From Eledone cirrhosa (lineage: Eukaryota), in assembly GCA_964016885.1 (NCBI GenBank), contig OZ024741.1, positions 222,890,001 through 222,954,000 of the forward strand: a stretch of 64,000 nt of DNA, read 5' to 3'. Positions 31,598-45,900 of this stretch are shown here, one piece after another; the stretch's first letter is position 1, and each line of letters opens with the position of its first letter. A program made the position numbers and the translations under genes. The notes under the pieces are model-generated. The model was not told the DNA's origin and ran no database searches. It saw nothing but the letters and a program-made list of their open reading frames with translations.

Positions 31598-32881
31598 CCA
31601 GGTGTACCAGCAAAATTGTCCAAATTTTAGATTCAACTTCGAACCTCTGTATCTCCGGAATGCTTAAAGATAATTTAATGGAATTGTCAGTGGGTTTTCT
31701 AACACCATTGGACTCTACTTTAAACAAGGATAATGTTGATTACTCTCCAAGCTTACCGGAAGAATTTATGAAGTTGATCATGGACGAAAGTGACATTTTC
31801 ATAAATAATTAACCATAGCTCAGGATTGGGAGCTCAATGTTGTCTTCCCATGTCCCACTGATGGAAATTTTGAGGGCTTGCAAGTTACTCTAGGGCTTCT
31901 CACAAGCTTTTCTGACCAGTTCATTCCAGATACTGAAGTCTAATAGGTTCAAATCAGGTGATGAAGGGGCCAAGTGTCCTTATCCCAAAACCTGTTCCCA
32001 AACTCATCCCTGAAAAATTTTCGAGCTACTGCACTTGTGTTGCTGGAATGTAAACTTGAAGTCCTTAGCAATCTTATTGGGGTTTCCCTCGTCTCGTGCC
32101 TCAGGATATTCAGAAAGCATCCAGGTCTTTACATCTTTCAAAACCTGAACATAATAAATTCCTGTCAGTCTCTCAGCCTTCTCAAACATGATCGATGGCA
32201 CTTCTTTCTATCAGAGGCCACGCAGGTGAAAATCATCAATTTGGCAGGGTTTTTGCACCTGAAAATTATATTTTTGTCTCTCTCGTGAGGATCTGAAGCC
32301 AGAATGTGGCTGTTGCATCTGTTTGTGTGAAATTCTTCTCATCTGTGTAAAAGATCAGTCCAGGATTGTTTCTTCACAGGTCTCACATACGATTTCATTT
32401 TCAAGTCTTCTGTCATAGCTGAAAATCCTCCCTCACACGCCAAGTGTCTTATGGATTGAGTTGGATCTCTTCAGCTCCAGATTGAAATGAGGATCCCTCT
32501 TGTAGTTATGACCTCCTCATCCAGTTTTCCTCTCCACTATTTCCTCTTTCTCAAACTTATTCACAATTCTCTTGATGGTACTTGAATGGACTTTGAAGAT
32601 GGAATCCAGAGAATGAATGTTGGTACCATTACTGAAGGCCTGGATGATCTTAGCCCACTCAACATTGCTCAGTTGGGAAGACATGGTGAGGCTGGCACAA
32701 AACGATATCAGCCTGTTCTCTTTCTAACTAAATATCTCAATAGGTATTTCACTGATTCTTTCAAAATCTGGTGTCAGTATGGCCCGATGTCTTATCTGGA
32801 AGACCTGGAAAATTGAAAATCGATTATTAGTTTATTGATTTAAAAAATTTGTGAGTGTGACAATTTTGCTGTTACACCCGA
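31598..32881 (-). mobile_element. Tc1/mariner fossil
   Basis: Imperfect TIRs CCAGGTGTACCAGCAAAATTGTC / GACAATTTTGCTGTTACACCCGA with TA flanks; minus-strand FTFQQ and PSSPDLNLLDFSIW transposase motifs. Confidence 0.85.
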
Positions 32882-33559
32882 TATATATTTTGAATGAACA
32901 TCTGACTATGGACAAACACAAAATGAACTGCTATAAAAAATTAAAAAATCAAATGATAGAATATTAAATATATATTTAAAAGAAAAATGTTTTGTTTTAA
33001 AACCATTTACAAAAGCATAAAAACCCAAGCAACTACAGCAACAACAAAGATATCAGACTTGACCAGAACATTGTCTGAGAAATAAAGGCAAAAGCTGAGT
33101 AATTCTGCTGGAATTGATTTATGCACATAGTATGATGAAAGTGACTAGTTTTGTTGCTATGTGTTGAGGCAGGGTGCAAGGTTATGAGGATTCAGCAAGA
33201 CTTGGACGAGGAAAGGGGAGTACCAGTGGATCATATGAGAGAAATCAGCCATTAGAATAACCCCTAAGGAATGCTGGCTTGGTTAGACCAAGCCTTAACA
33301 CTCTACTTTGGATCTGGACAGCATTAGGACCACCATTGCTCATGTCTTAAAACCCATATCTTTAACCCTTTAACATTTACATTACTCTATATTTTCACAG
33401 TAAAGACTTTACCTCACATAATATCAAATCTATGAGATTTTGATATTATTTATTTTAAGAACAATGTCTTAACATCAGCGTGAGTTTTAACAAAAAAAGG
33501 TGAGAATTCTGGCCGGATACAGCAAAGAAACAGGTGTGTGTGCAAAAGAGAAAGATGGG

Positions 33560-36500
33560 GGTGTATGTGGCTCAGGTGTGTGGGCCCGTTTAAGTCTATC
33601 AAACGCAATGGTCTCTCTGGATCCCTTAATGTCTACAGTGAAATGTTTATCAGAACGAGCTAATACACGGTAGGGTCCTGAGTACGGTTGTGTGAGAGGT
33701 GGTCTCACAGCATCATTTCTTACGAACACGTGTCCACGAGGCAATATCCCTCGGGACTGCAGCTTTAATAGTTTGTTTCCTAGTATTCATGGGCGGTAAG
33801 TCCTGAAAATAGGAGCGCAAACGAGATACATAGGAAACAGGGTCCTGGAAAGCAAGATCAACAGGGGCAGGCATTTGCCCAGGCAACGCTAGAGGAACAC
33901 CATACAGTAATTCGGCCGGGGAGAACCCAAGGTCCTCCTTTATTGATGACCGAATTCCTAACAACACAATAGGAAGGTACTCGCTCCAACATTGAGAGTC
34001 TGGATAGGTGCGAAGAGCAGCCTTTAATTGGCGGTGGAATCGTTCCACCATTCCGTTCGAAGCAGGGTGATAGGCTGTGGTCCGAATCCGTTGAGCTCCA
34101 ATTATCTTTGTGAGTTCAGAGAAAAGATGACTCAAATTGTCTACCACGGTCTGTGGTGACTGTAGTTGGTACCCCAAAGCGGGTAATCCACCCTGATACC
34201 AGGGCAGGCGCTACAGTCTCAGCAGTTATACCTTGTAAGGGGATGGCTTCAGGTCAAGAGGTACGAATATCCACTGCTGAATAGCCAAGGTCCAACAATC
34301 TCAATGTGGATGTGTTGAAACCGAGCATCTGGAGTACTGAAAGTACCAAGTGGAGTCCGGATGTGTCTGTGGACTTTAGATTGTTGGCACTGTGTACAGG
34401 AACGGCACCAGGCAGTAATTTCTCGCCTCATATTGGGCCAGAAAAATTAGCCGTTATAAGCTTTACTGTGACAGAAATTCCTGGGTGAGAAATGCTGTGC
34501 AAAGCAAGGAACACAATTCGACGGTGAATCTCAGGAACAAATGGTCGTGGTGAATCCATAGATACATCACATAGAATCTGCCTGTCGGTCGACAATGGTA
34601 GATATTTGAAGATGCAGGTTGGTCTGCAGCTAAACGACCTAAGTTGATCTCCTGGGATGATGAGATGGAGCTGATTGGCAAATGCGTCTGCAGCTATGTT
34701 ATGCGAGCCAGCAATGTGCTGGATATCATTTGTAAATTGCGAAACGTAGTCCAGGTGCCTTGTCTCTCTGGGCGAATATCTGTCGGCTTTAGCCCTCAAA
34801 GTGAAGGTCAGAGGTTGTGGTCGGTTAAAACAGTCAAATTTCTCCCCTCAAGAATATGAGAGAAATGTTTCACCGACAGATATATGGCTAATAATTCCCG
34901 CCCAAACGTGCTGTAACGCGTTTCTGCTGGTTTCAGCTTCCTCGAGAAAAATGCCAAAGGTTGTTGGTTTCCAGCGTTGAACTGCTCCCACAGCGGTATC
35001 AGATGCATCGACACAAAGCGAAAGCTTGGCCTCTGGTACCGGGTGGGCTAGCAAAGATGAACTAGCGAGTGCTGTCTTGGAAGTCTTTAAGCTGTCCTTG
35101 TGTCAAGGAAATATCCTCATTCTTCTTGCAACGATTTTTCAAAATGTCTGTGAGGGAAGATAGCAAATTAGCACAATGAGGAACGAAACACCTATAGAAA
35201 TTGATTAGGCCTAAGAAGTGACGCAACTGGTGGGGGTAAATCCTGTATGGCTTGAACTCGCTGAGGGAGCAGCCTAATACCTTCGGCGTCGATGAGGTGG
35301 CCTAAAAAATTCAGCGAAGTGGAACCGTAAACACACTTTGCAGGATTCACACGAACGCGGTAATCCTGAAGTCGCCGAAATAAGAGATGCATGTGGCGCA
35401 TATGCTCTTCCGGAGAGGAACTAGCGATGAGAATATCGTCTATGTTAGCATAAACAAAGTCCAGACCACGAGTGACTTCGTCTATGAACCGCTGAAAAGT
35501 GCTAGCGGCGTTCCTGAGTCCAAAAGGCATGGGCAAAAATTCAAAGGATCTGAAAGGAGTTGTAATCGCCGTTTTCGGAATATCCTCCTTCCTGACCGGA
35601 ATTTGGTGGTAGGCTCGCACTAAATCTAGTTTTGAGAAAATCTTACACCCCTGCAATGAAGATGCGAAATCGTGGAGATGGGGAATGGGATACCTATCCG
35701 GGACGGTCATAGCATTTAACCTCCTATAATCCCCAGTGGGTCTCCAGTCGCCGGAGGTCTTGGGCACCATGTGTAACGGTGAAGCCCAAGGACTCGTAGA
35801 TGTGCGAATAATGCCCAGCTGCAGCATATGGTCGAACTCTGACCGTGCTGCTTTTAATTTGTCCGCCGGTAAGCAGCGTGGACGTGAGAACACTGGGGCG
35901 CCAGATAAAATGCTCCGTTGTGTGAGTCGGTTCAACAACTCAAAAATTTCCCTGAGTAAGCTGTGGGAAAGAATTCAACAATGAATGATAGGGATTCCCA
36001 GCATTAGCGATGAAAAAGATAGGGTATGGCAAATCGGCAACCGTAAAAATCCACTTTAAAGCCCTACAAAGATTTGAGAGGAAGCGAGATTTGCCCATAC
36101 GTCTTTATAGACGAGTGATTAACTGCCTGCAGAGTAATGGATGATTCTTCGGGGGTATCTTTCAGGCAATGGACCGGCCAAATACTACAGGAGGCTCCTG
36201 TATCCACGAGGAAACCTCTTCCCGACATAAGGTCCTTAATGAAGAAATGGCGGTTTGGCGGCTTTATGTTGAGGTCAACTGCCTCCATCAGTGGACCTCT
36301 TAGGCATTTCCCGCCTTATGAAACGAGCAAGGTTGCACGCAGTGGTTCGCTCTCTCGGCGAATCACTCATGGTACCAGCATAAAGATGAAGCTGGTGATT
36401 TGGAACGGCATCTAAAAGATTGAGATCTGCGACTGCGGGGGCGCGAACGGGCACCACACCAGACCGTCATCTTCTGGAGCTCCAGGGTGGGTTCCTGAAT

Positions 36501-37525
36501 GGACTCTTACATCGCCATAATGGCTGAATGAGATGCCATTGTTATACCGTAGGTAATTTGCCCCCCCATAAAAAATCGTCTCCATTTGGAAAAATGTCTC
36601 CAACACAACAGAAAAGGAATACAAAGTCGCTTATTTTTCTGTCAAACAACTGGACAGGAAAAAGAATACGTCCAAGACAATATGCAAAGGAGCGACTAAC
36701 CGAGCGATGTCATTAATAAGGTATAGGCAGGGAATTTAAAACCAACATGGCGGACTATTTCGCGCCAAAAACACTATTGATGGAGAAGAAAGCCGCCATC
36801 TTGTTATCCTCAACATTTTTAGCCAGAGAAAAGGAGAAAAAAAAGAACAAACATTCGTTCAATTGCTGTTTGTTTGTGTGTAAATAACTTTGGGCATTCG
36901 TTTTGCACATATGAAGAGTTTGATGTTAAGTGTTACAGAGAAATATGTTTAGCTCGGTCAATACAGCCGTATCAGAATCAAGTGTGTTGTTTTGTATTAA
37001 ATGTTTTTTTGTTTTTTTTATTATATACACATGGTACCATTTCCCATTCTTTTTTAAAAAACGTTGGGGTCACCAATTTAGGAAATTAGTATCAGTGTAT
37101 ATAAATATTATCGAGAATGACAATAAATGCAGGTGAGAGTTGTGACATGGCTTTACTTCACAGAAGTCAAATAAATTGTTATAAATAATTGTTACCATAT
37201 GTTGATGTTCAGGTGGTCACAACTCCCAGACTGGAGTGTGTGGAGAAGAACAGAAAATCTTCTCTTGGTAAGGTTCAAGTGTTTCTTTAGGCTGCCGGTG
37301 TTCTTGGGTGCGAAGGAAATGAAACAGGAGTCATCTCTTGACAAGGTCTCAGGTGTTCTTGTCCCTTCAAAGTTCAGGAGTAGAGTGTGTCTTATGCCTT
37401 GACTATATAGTCCCCAGGGGGACGCAACTCTGTTTAGTACATGAATCTGCCACTGGGAGTCACGCCCGTCGCAAAGGGACGTAACTCCTATACGTGCTGA
37501 GTCACGGCCATAAGGGGCCGCTACA
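33560..37525 (-). mobile_element. Second Gypsy element, decayed; 5' LTR only
   Basis: LTR ~37077-37525 starts TGTAGCGG; PBS TGGTGACCCC at 37075-37066. Short gag remnant (CWYH..F...A..C..PCSF), PR (FLVDTGA), RT 35192-35938, RH, and IN with YSGPY. The 3' end abuts a MITE and no 3' LTR is seen. Confidence 0.92.
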
Positions 37526-38095
37526 AGTGAATTACCCCAGTATTTTACTGGTGCTTTATTTTTTCAACCCAAGAACGATGAAAGGAAAAGTTGACTTTGG
37601 AGGGACTTGAACTCAAAAAGTAAAGAGCTAGAAGAAATACTGCAATGGCATTTGATCCAACTATCGAGCAATTTCACCAATCCACACCATCCTTAAATTT
37701 AATATCATTATAAACAGGAGAAATGCGATACAATTGGAATTGCTGGAGTGGTCGCCAGCCTATTCATGACATGGTGGAATAGGCAGTTTAAACACAAATT
37801 AGCTGCCAATAACGTTTACTTGGTGATGTACTGGCATTAACCATGTCATGAAAAATATTCCACACATTAACGGTCAGATGACTGAGGAACACATGATGAT
37901 ATTGATACAATACATAACTAACTGAGTATAAAAGTAATCTAAGACACCCCTGTAAGAGATTGCCTGTTCTCAATACAGAGTTGTGGATAGATGCAGGACC
38001 ATAAGTATTACATGTGTAAAGTTTGAAAACAATGGGTTGGGTGGTTCTCGAGTTTTAGGGAGTTGGACAGACATTCTCTGTTTTAGATATATAGA

Positions 38096-38878
38096 CTAGC
38101 AGAATGGCCCGGCGTTGCTCGGGATTTGCTGTAGAGGTTCTTATATATTTGATATATATTTATCCTTATCGAACCTCGTGAAATAAATACGTTTGTTTAT
38201 ATTTTGTTATTGTGCATGCAAAAATATCTACACGAATATATATATATATATATATAAAAGTACAGAATACCTCGGCCCTGGGATGGTGTCTACATTTTGT
38301 GCTTATGAAAAAAAATTTTTTCCGTGTGAAGAAAATCACTACTTTATCGCGAAATAAATACTTTTGTTTATATTTTGTTATTGTGTATGCAAAAATATCT
38401 GTACACGAATATATATATATTAAAATAACAGATTAAAGTTTAAGCAAAGAATCACTGCTTTCACCCTTAACAGGATCTTCTGAAGCTAAAAAAATCAATC
38501 TGTGAACGCAGAAGTAAATATTTCGAAAAACGTTACACACTATTTATATATACACACACACTATATATACATATATACACACACGCACACCGCGTCATAA
38601 TGACGTAATGCAGACAGCCAGGCATACAGACAGATATTATAAGGGCACAACGTTATATCTATGTATCTATCTAAAAAGAGAAAGACTAAGAATTATAGAA
38701 AGAGATCGCTAAATCACCTAATGCGGTCCCTAGGGCATTGAAAATTTGAAATATTTTTTTCTCAAAACACTCACAGGACCATAAATATTACATGTGTAAA
38801 GTCTGAAAACAATCGGTTGGGTGGTTCTCAACTTTTAGTGATCGGACAGACAGACATTCTCTGTTTTAAATATATAGA
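38096..38878 (-). mobile_element. Non-autonomous Helitron, tandem with a partial copy at ~37990-38095
   Basis: Same termini as 15551-16434; CCCGGCGTTGCTCGGG hairpin next to CTAG. Confidence 0.7.
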
Positions 38879-39275
38879 CTAGCAGAAAACCACCCGGTGG
38901 GTGGTTTTCTGCTAGTCGATATATATTTAACACAAACAGACACACACACACACACATATATACACCCATGTTCATATTTTGAGATGCATTATTCTCAAAT
39001 CAGATTATTATCTCTGACAGGAAGGACCAGTTTATAATTTTTAAGAAAAATTAAGCAAACACATATTTTAGGAAACTTATGAATTCCTGTACACACACAC
39101 ACACAAACACTTACACAGATACACACGCACAGACACACACAAACACTTACACAGATACACACTTAAACCTATATATATGTATATATATAGAGACACACAT
39201 AATATACATATATAATATATATATATACACACCTATATATAAAACACACGCATATACGCATACACACATATATAT

Positions 39276-40932
39276 ATATACAATATTAAAGAAATGGAAA
39301 CTATATTTATAAAACCATATTTATTTCATTATACATATTTCAGGGATACCATATTAAAAATATGGCATGCCTTCAGATAAAATACAATATATAAGCAGTT
39401 TTATAAATAAATTTGACGTACCATAAATATTGATCAACTTTTATGTAAGAAGTTGGTTTGGTAGTGAGATGTTTATAAATATTTAGTGTTAAGCACAGTT
39501 AGAAAGAAAGATGGAGAAAAGGAAGAAATATATGTAAAGAAAAACAGAGAGAGAAATAGTGAGGTGAAAAATGAGAGGCAGCTGAGGCAACAGATGAATA
39601 ATAATAATTCATCATACAAATTGAGAGATTTAGGAGGGAGGGAGTACTGTAATTATTTATTTATTTAGTTATAGTGTTAAGGAGACGGAGAGAAATAAAA
39701 AATAAATAAAGAGAAAACAGAGAGGTAGAGAAAGATAGAGGTGGGGGGGAAAAGAGGTAGACCGAATAATAATAATTATATATGGGGAGGTGAGAGAAAT
39801 AGGAGAGAAGTAAGAGAAAACAATAGAGAAGCTCGAGAGGCAAAGTTAAAATAACCGATACTTAAATTTCATCATGTATAGAGGGAGGAGAAGAAAGAGC
39901 TATATCTAGAGAGAAGGATGATAGATTTACAACTTTACGTTATGTCCTATCAATTTGAATTATCAATTCATATGAATTGGGTATTATAATGTAAATATCA
40001 ATATTCATGAATGAGACATAGATATATAATGTGTGAAAAATAATGACCATATGTTTAGTTTAAAAATTCTTAGGTCGATGTACCAAAAACTGAGATAAAA
40101 CTTCAAAAAATACGGAAATACATAAGTATATATGTACTTTCCGGAAAAGTACATATATACTTATGAATTTTTAAACTAAACATATGGTCATTATTTTTCA
40201 CACATTATATATCTATGTCTCATTCATGAATATTGATATTTACATTATAATACCCAATTCATATGAATTGATAATTCAAATTGATAGGACATAACGTAAA
40301 GTTGTAAATCTATCATCCTTCTCTCTAGATATAGCTCTTTCTTCTCCTCTCTCTATACATGATGAAATTTAAGTATCGGTTATTTTAACTTTGCCTCTCG
40401 AGCTTCTCTATTGTTTTCTCTCCTATTTCTCTCACCTCCCCATATATAATTATTATTATTCGGTCTACCTCTTTTTCCCCCCACCTCTATCTTTCTCTTT
40501 ATTTATTTTTTATTTCTCTCCGTCTCCTTAACACTATAACTAAATAAATAAATAATTACAGTACTCCCTCCCTCCTAAATCTCTCAATTTGTATGATGAA
40601 TTATTATTATTCATCTGTTGCCTCAGCTGCCTCTCATTTTTCACCTCCTCACTATTTCTGTTTTTCTTTACATACATTTCTTCCTTTTCTCCGTCTTTCT
40701 TTCTAACTGTGCTTAACACTAAATATTTATAAACATCTCACTACCAAACCAACTTCTTACATAAAAGTTGATCAATATTTATGGTACGTCAAATTTATTT
40801 ATAAAACTGCTTATATATTGTATTTTATCTGAAGAAGGCATGCCATATTTTTAATATGGTATCCCTGAAATATGTATAATGAAATAAATATGGTTTTATA
40901 AATATAGTTTCCATTTGTTTAATATCGTATAT
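39276..40932. repeat. Giant near-perfect inverted repeat (~790-bp arms)
   Basis: 39276-40069 is the reverse complement of 40165-40932 with few indels; inner hairpin at 40121-40165. Confidence 0.95.
40821..40886 (+). ncRNA. Type-I hammerhead ribozyme motif
   Basis: UAUUUUAU CUGAAGA AGGCAUGCCAUAU-UUUUA-AUAUGGUAUCCCU GAAA UAUGUA UA AUGAAAUA. Confidence 0.65.
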
Positions 40933-41013
40933 CTACTCCAAAACTTGTTGAGTGCTTTATATCAGTTATAAAATATTTACTTGTTGTAACCCAACAATTT
41001 TAAATAAAACTTT

Positions 41014-41049
<36 letters not shown>

Positions 41050-42199
41050 GCTCAGCCCCAGTGAGTTGGTTAAAACACCAAAAGCCAGTCTTAAAGTTGT
41101 CGTCTGTAAATTCAAAGAACTCGGCTGTGTTTGGCTAGATCTCCATGGTAACTACTCCAAGGTTGCGCGTGCCATGGCTGGGAACGCAGGTGTCACATGC
41201 TGGCCTAGAACGCTGGTTGTTGGAATCAGTGGTCGACGACATAACATATATATTATGTGTGTATGGAATAGTATAAATATTTCTTCGTATTTACTAACAT
41301 ATATATATATATTATATATACATACATTATATATATATTATTAATATATTACATACGTACATTTATTTATATATATATATATTTATTAAAATAAAAGATT
41401 AAAGTTTAAGCAAAGAATCGCTGCTTTCAACCTGAACGGGATCTTCTGAAACTAACCAATATATATATATATATTCCTGGTGATTTCTCAATATATATAT
41501 TACACACACAGAAATGTATATATATTTCTGTGTGTGTATATATATATTACACACACAGAAATGTATATATATTTCTGTGTGTGTATATATATATATATTA
41601 CACACACAAAAATGTATATATATTTCTTAGAACAAAATTATTATTAATGTTTTGCTGTTCATAACAATTGGAATTGAAAAATTACTTTTGAAATTATTAG
41701 TTATTTTACTAATGCTTAGATATGTAAAAATGAAGCAATGTTTCTAATAATTGTTTCTACTTTTGGCACAAGGCCAGCAATTACCCAGTACATTACTGGT
41801 ACTTTATTTTATCGACCTCGTGAGGATGAAAAGCAAAGTTAACCTCGGCGGTATTTGAACTCAGACCGTAAAGGGACGTAACTCCATGCTATGAAGCATG
41901 GTGTCTGACTCTCTACAGATTCTGCCAATCCACCGCCCTAATGTCTGTACGTAATGAGGGAGTGAGAGGGGAGAGAAAGGCAGAGGTGAAGTGACGAACT
42001 GACTCTCTCCTCCTCCTCTATCTCCCCATTCGTCACAGCGATAGAGGGGAGGAATGTTAGTGTGTTACAAAGAGTGAGAGTGAGAGAGACAGACTAAAAG
42101 AGAGGGATAGCTGGAGCGAGAGAGAGAGATAGCAACCACGCGCGCACGTGTTTCCACTGTCGGACAGACAGACAGAGAAATTGCTGGTTATATATTATA

Positions 42200-42975
42200 A
42201 GGAGATTAAGAAAAAGACCAATAAAATCAACTCCTGGTATGATAAGCAATAAATACCAGTGTAATATTCATCAATGTAACCCCCAGAGACGAACTAGCTT
42301 ACAGATTTAGAAGGGCTCTAGACGAACTAAAATTAAATATTAAGATAATCGAAAGACCAGTTATTCCCATAAAAACCCTTATTAGTAAAAGATATCCATT
42401 TCAAAGAACCCCCTGCATTGATAGGAAATGCATAGTCTGCAAGTTAAGCCCCCAATCTAACTTCAAAACTAGAAACAGTATATAGCATAAGATGTACTGA
42501 GGGACAGTGTAGGAATAAGAACACAACATACATAGGTGAGACAGCCTGTAGCATAGGAGAAAGGATAAGTGAACACTGGTGAGAACGCCAAGATGGGAAG
42601 AACTCATCAGTACTCCACCAATATGCCAAAATAGAACATAAATGAGTGGAATAGCAACATCACAACTAGTAATTAAGGACAAAATGAAGATATATAGAGA
42701 CACACACAGATAGAACAAACAACTAGCTAGGGAGAAGTAAATAAAAACACACACACCCAGATGTAACGCATGTGCAAACCAAGTACACAACACACAAAAA
42801 CAAGATGGTGTAGGACAGAACAAAGAGACAAAATAAAAACTCAGTCACTGAGGAGGTCACAATGTTTGACAATATACAAACAACCATCCAGTTATCCAAC
42901 CAGAAATTTAAAAGTGAAAACCAACAGGTGCATGTGTTTTTATTGGCAGCATGACCCTCCCAAAGTATAACAATA
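42200..42975 (+). mobile_element. Penelope-like element 3' fragment (GIY-YIG endonuclease + pLTR)
   Basis: C..C..C...IYSIRC...YIGETACSIGERISEH remnants, followed by sequence homologous to the reverse complement of ~1878-2200, with a decayed hammerhead at ~42843. Confidence 0.8.
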
Positions 42976-45900
42976 TGATTTAGCTTATATATCTTATCTA
43001 CTCACATATACAATGTTAAGACAAGTCTGCATATGAGAGTACAAGTCAAGCCTCAACCATAAGTCTGAATAGGGTGATACCAATGAAACTTACAAAAGAG
43101 CTGAACTGTTCCTCTCTACTCCTTAATCATCCCAATTTTAGATATTTGTCTATTTACCTTTACACAGATATATGTGTGTATACATAAAGGTGTGTGGTTT
43201 GTGGTGGGAAAGCTCAGCTCGCAATAAGGTCGTAAATTTGATTCCCAACAACTTGTGTCCTTTAGCAGGATACTTTATTTCACATCCACCCTTGCCATAT
43301 GTTGTTATGCTAAAGCTCCCTGAAAGTTGCTTTGTGGGTGCATGGGTCTGGAGTGCTTAGCCACTTGCATGTTGGTTATGTGAGTAGGCTGTTCCATTGG
43401 TCACTTGTTGGCAGATCCCGATTGAGGTTCCATAGCATGTGTATGCATGGGAGTACATGTGTATGAGGATATATATATGTATATGTGCTGATGACGTATA
43501 TATATGAGTGTGTGTTTGAATGACTAAAATGACTTTTCCATGCAATTGCTTTAGTTTCAATGAATGGTCTCAGATCAAGATTCTTGCCAGACAAGTACAT
43601 CTGTGTCTAAAATGACTTCATAAGAAAGTTTGTTAAAATACTAAATCTTTCCGTATTGATTATTTTCAAACTAGTTTAAAAATCATACAATGTTTTTCAT
43701 TAGAAATATGATAATGAAGAGATTTAGAAACATACTAATTGAAGTCCCTGAGAAATTGGGAGTTTGATAACAGAAGTCAACAGTAAACACCCACAAAACA
43801 ACTTAAGGGTTATCGATGAGATTTGTGACTGAGGTAAGGGACTAGTAAGATGGGGTGTGATATGATTGTGAAATAATACTGTAGATAGGGCATTTAAAGG
43901 CTAAGAGACAGGCAGGAAAAAGTACCAAGTAGCTAGATATCAGGTTTAGTTATCAAGAAGGGAAGCAGAAAGTAAGATTTTTGCCAATGTTCCAGATGGT
44001 AAAGCAGTATACTAACAAGTATTATTACTCACTTGGCCTTCCATACACTTTGCAAGGTTGTAATGGTGAGTAGGATCAAGTTGCACAAATACAAGTAACC
44101 TTAACCAGATAACATGTTTTTTGTTTTTATAAAGTAAAATATGACAAATTATTCTTTTAAATAGTTACTTGGAGGTGAAATTAGGAATTGGGGAATCTTG
44201 GCATCAAATCGCTAACCTGGAAATTGTTTGGGAATTATTTTTAGGTAAAAGAGTAAATAATGATTAGTTCTATTGTCTAACAAACAACCACAAAGAGATC
44301 TGGAGTGAATTCATTCAACAGATGAAGTTTTATTTTCATTGTTTTATGGTGCCAAGCTTAGAAAGGGGTGGTGGATTGGCAGGATTGGTAGAGCATCGGA
44401 CATGCTTTGCAACATAGAGTTATGGTTCTTTACGTTGAGTTCAAAATCCCGCCAAGGTTAACTTTGTCTTTCAACCTTATGGGGTTGATAAAATAAAATA
44501 CCAGTAATGCACTGGGATCGATTTATTCAACTTTCCCTCTCCCCAAATATTGTTGTCCTTGTGCCTAAATTATTGGTAGAGCATGTTTAATTACAACTTT
44601 TTGAGTTCAAATCCAACTAAGGTCAACTTTGCTTTTCATCCTTCTGGGGTTAATAAAATAAAATACCAGTAAAGTACTGAAGTTGATATAATTGACTTTT
44701 TCCTTCCCCAGTTTGCTGGCATTGTGCCGATGTAGGAAAAAATTATCAATTCTGGTTTGGCTCCCCTACCTTTTTTCTAACAGAACTGATCATTAAACTT
44801 TCTCCTTACCATCGATGTAATTTTAATAATTAAAGTTTCTTGGCTCACAATTGTGTCCTTGGGTATATTTCCTACTCTTTATAGCGAAGTCTGACCTTCT
44901 AAGGGGCCAGGAAATACTTTTCTACAATTAATACTCTGCAAAGCTCAAATGTGATCCAATGGAATACTGCTACTAAATCTTGGATTATGTAGCTGCTATA
45001 CAAACCTAGGGCTCTTGGTTATTTCAGCTTTTTGGTCTTTCTGTAACCCTGGCTATGCTGCGAGTATGTTGACTTGCCTAAAAAAGTATTAGAGGTAAAT
45101 TCCAGTGCCCCTTGTAGTATGTATGCGTCTTCCCCCACCTATTATAAAAAAAATATAAATTGCATTTATTTGTTCGCATTTTATTAAAAATAAAACTTTT
45201 TTTCATATAAAAAAAATAAGAATAATCATAGACTGCATCCATAAACAATCAGTTGACTGATTGATATGAAATTGCTCACCAATATGCCTCAACTCTAGCC
45301 CTCATTCACAGTTTCCTCACTATGTTTTTGTAACACTACTACAATAGCTTCTGTGAAGGCATGTAACTAGATGGTTTGGGTATACAGCTCTTGATCATAA
45401 AGTCATGAGTTCAATTCTGCTCCAGTCCATTCAGCTGGAAAAAGTTAATTGTACTTGTAATTCAAGAGGCCAGCACAGAATCTTCCAGAAAACTACCATA
45501 TATACTTGTATATCAGCTGAGAAATAGGATTTTAAAAATCGATAGTAAAATCGATAGTAAAATGGGGGTGAACTTATATTCGAGGTCAATATTTCCCACG
45601 TAAATAAGGTGCTAAAATATCTGGAGTGATTATTTCACAATAAAACAGCTTTTTTACATTTACTACGTGGTTACTGGTGTTATCTATTCATTCTCTTGAA
45701 AATATTTCCAATAAATATTTATAATTTGAACCTTTTAATACATACATATTCCATACTCATACATGTTTTTCCCTGACTTAATACTTTTTCCTTCAATCTT
45801 ACATAAGATTGAAATCTTACTTCTGACTTATTTTATTATTCTCGTTTCCTTATCACTCTGGCTCCTTTCCCCTCTCTTCTACTCTAAATCCCTAAACAAA

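Noticed and set aside
38420-38490. Repeat (also ~41390 and ~56700) with CAGAAGA...GAAA
   Set aside because: The core deviates from CUGANGA and no stem I or cleavage triplet is evident; an unclassified short repeat
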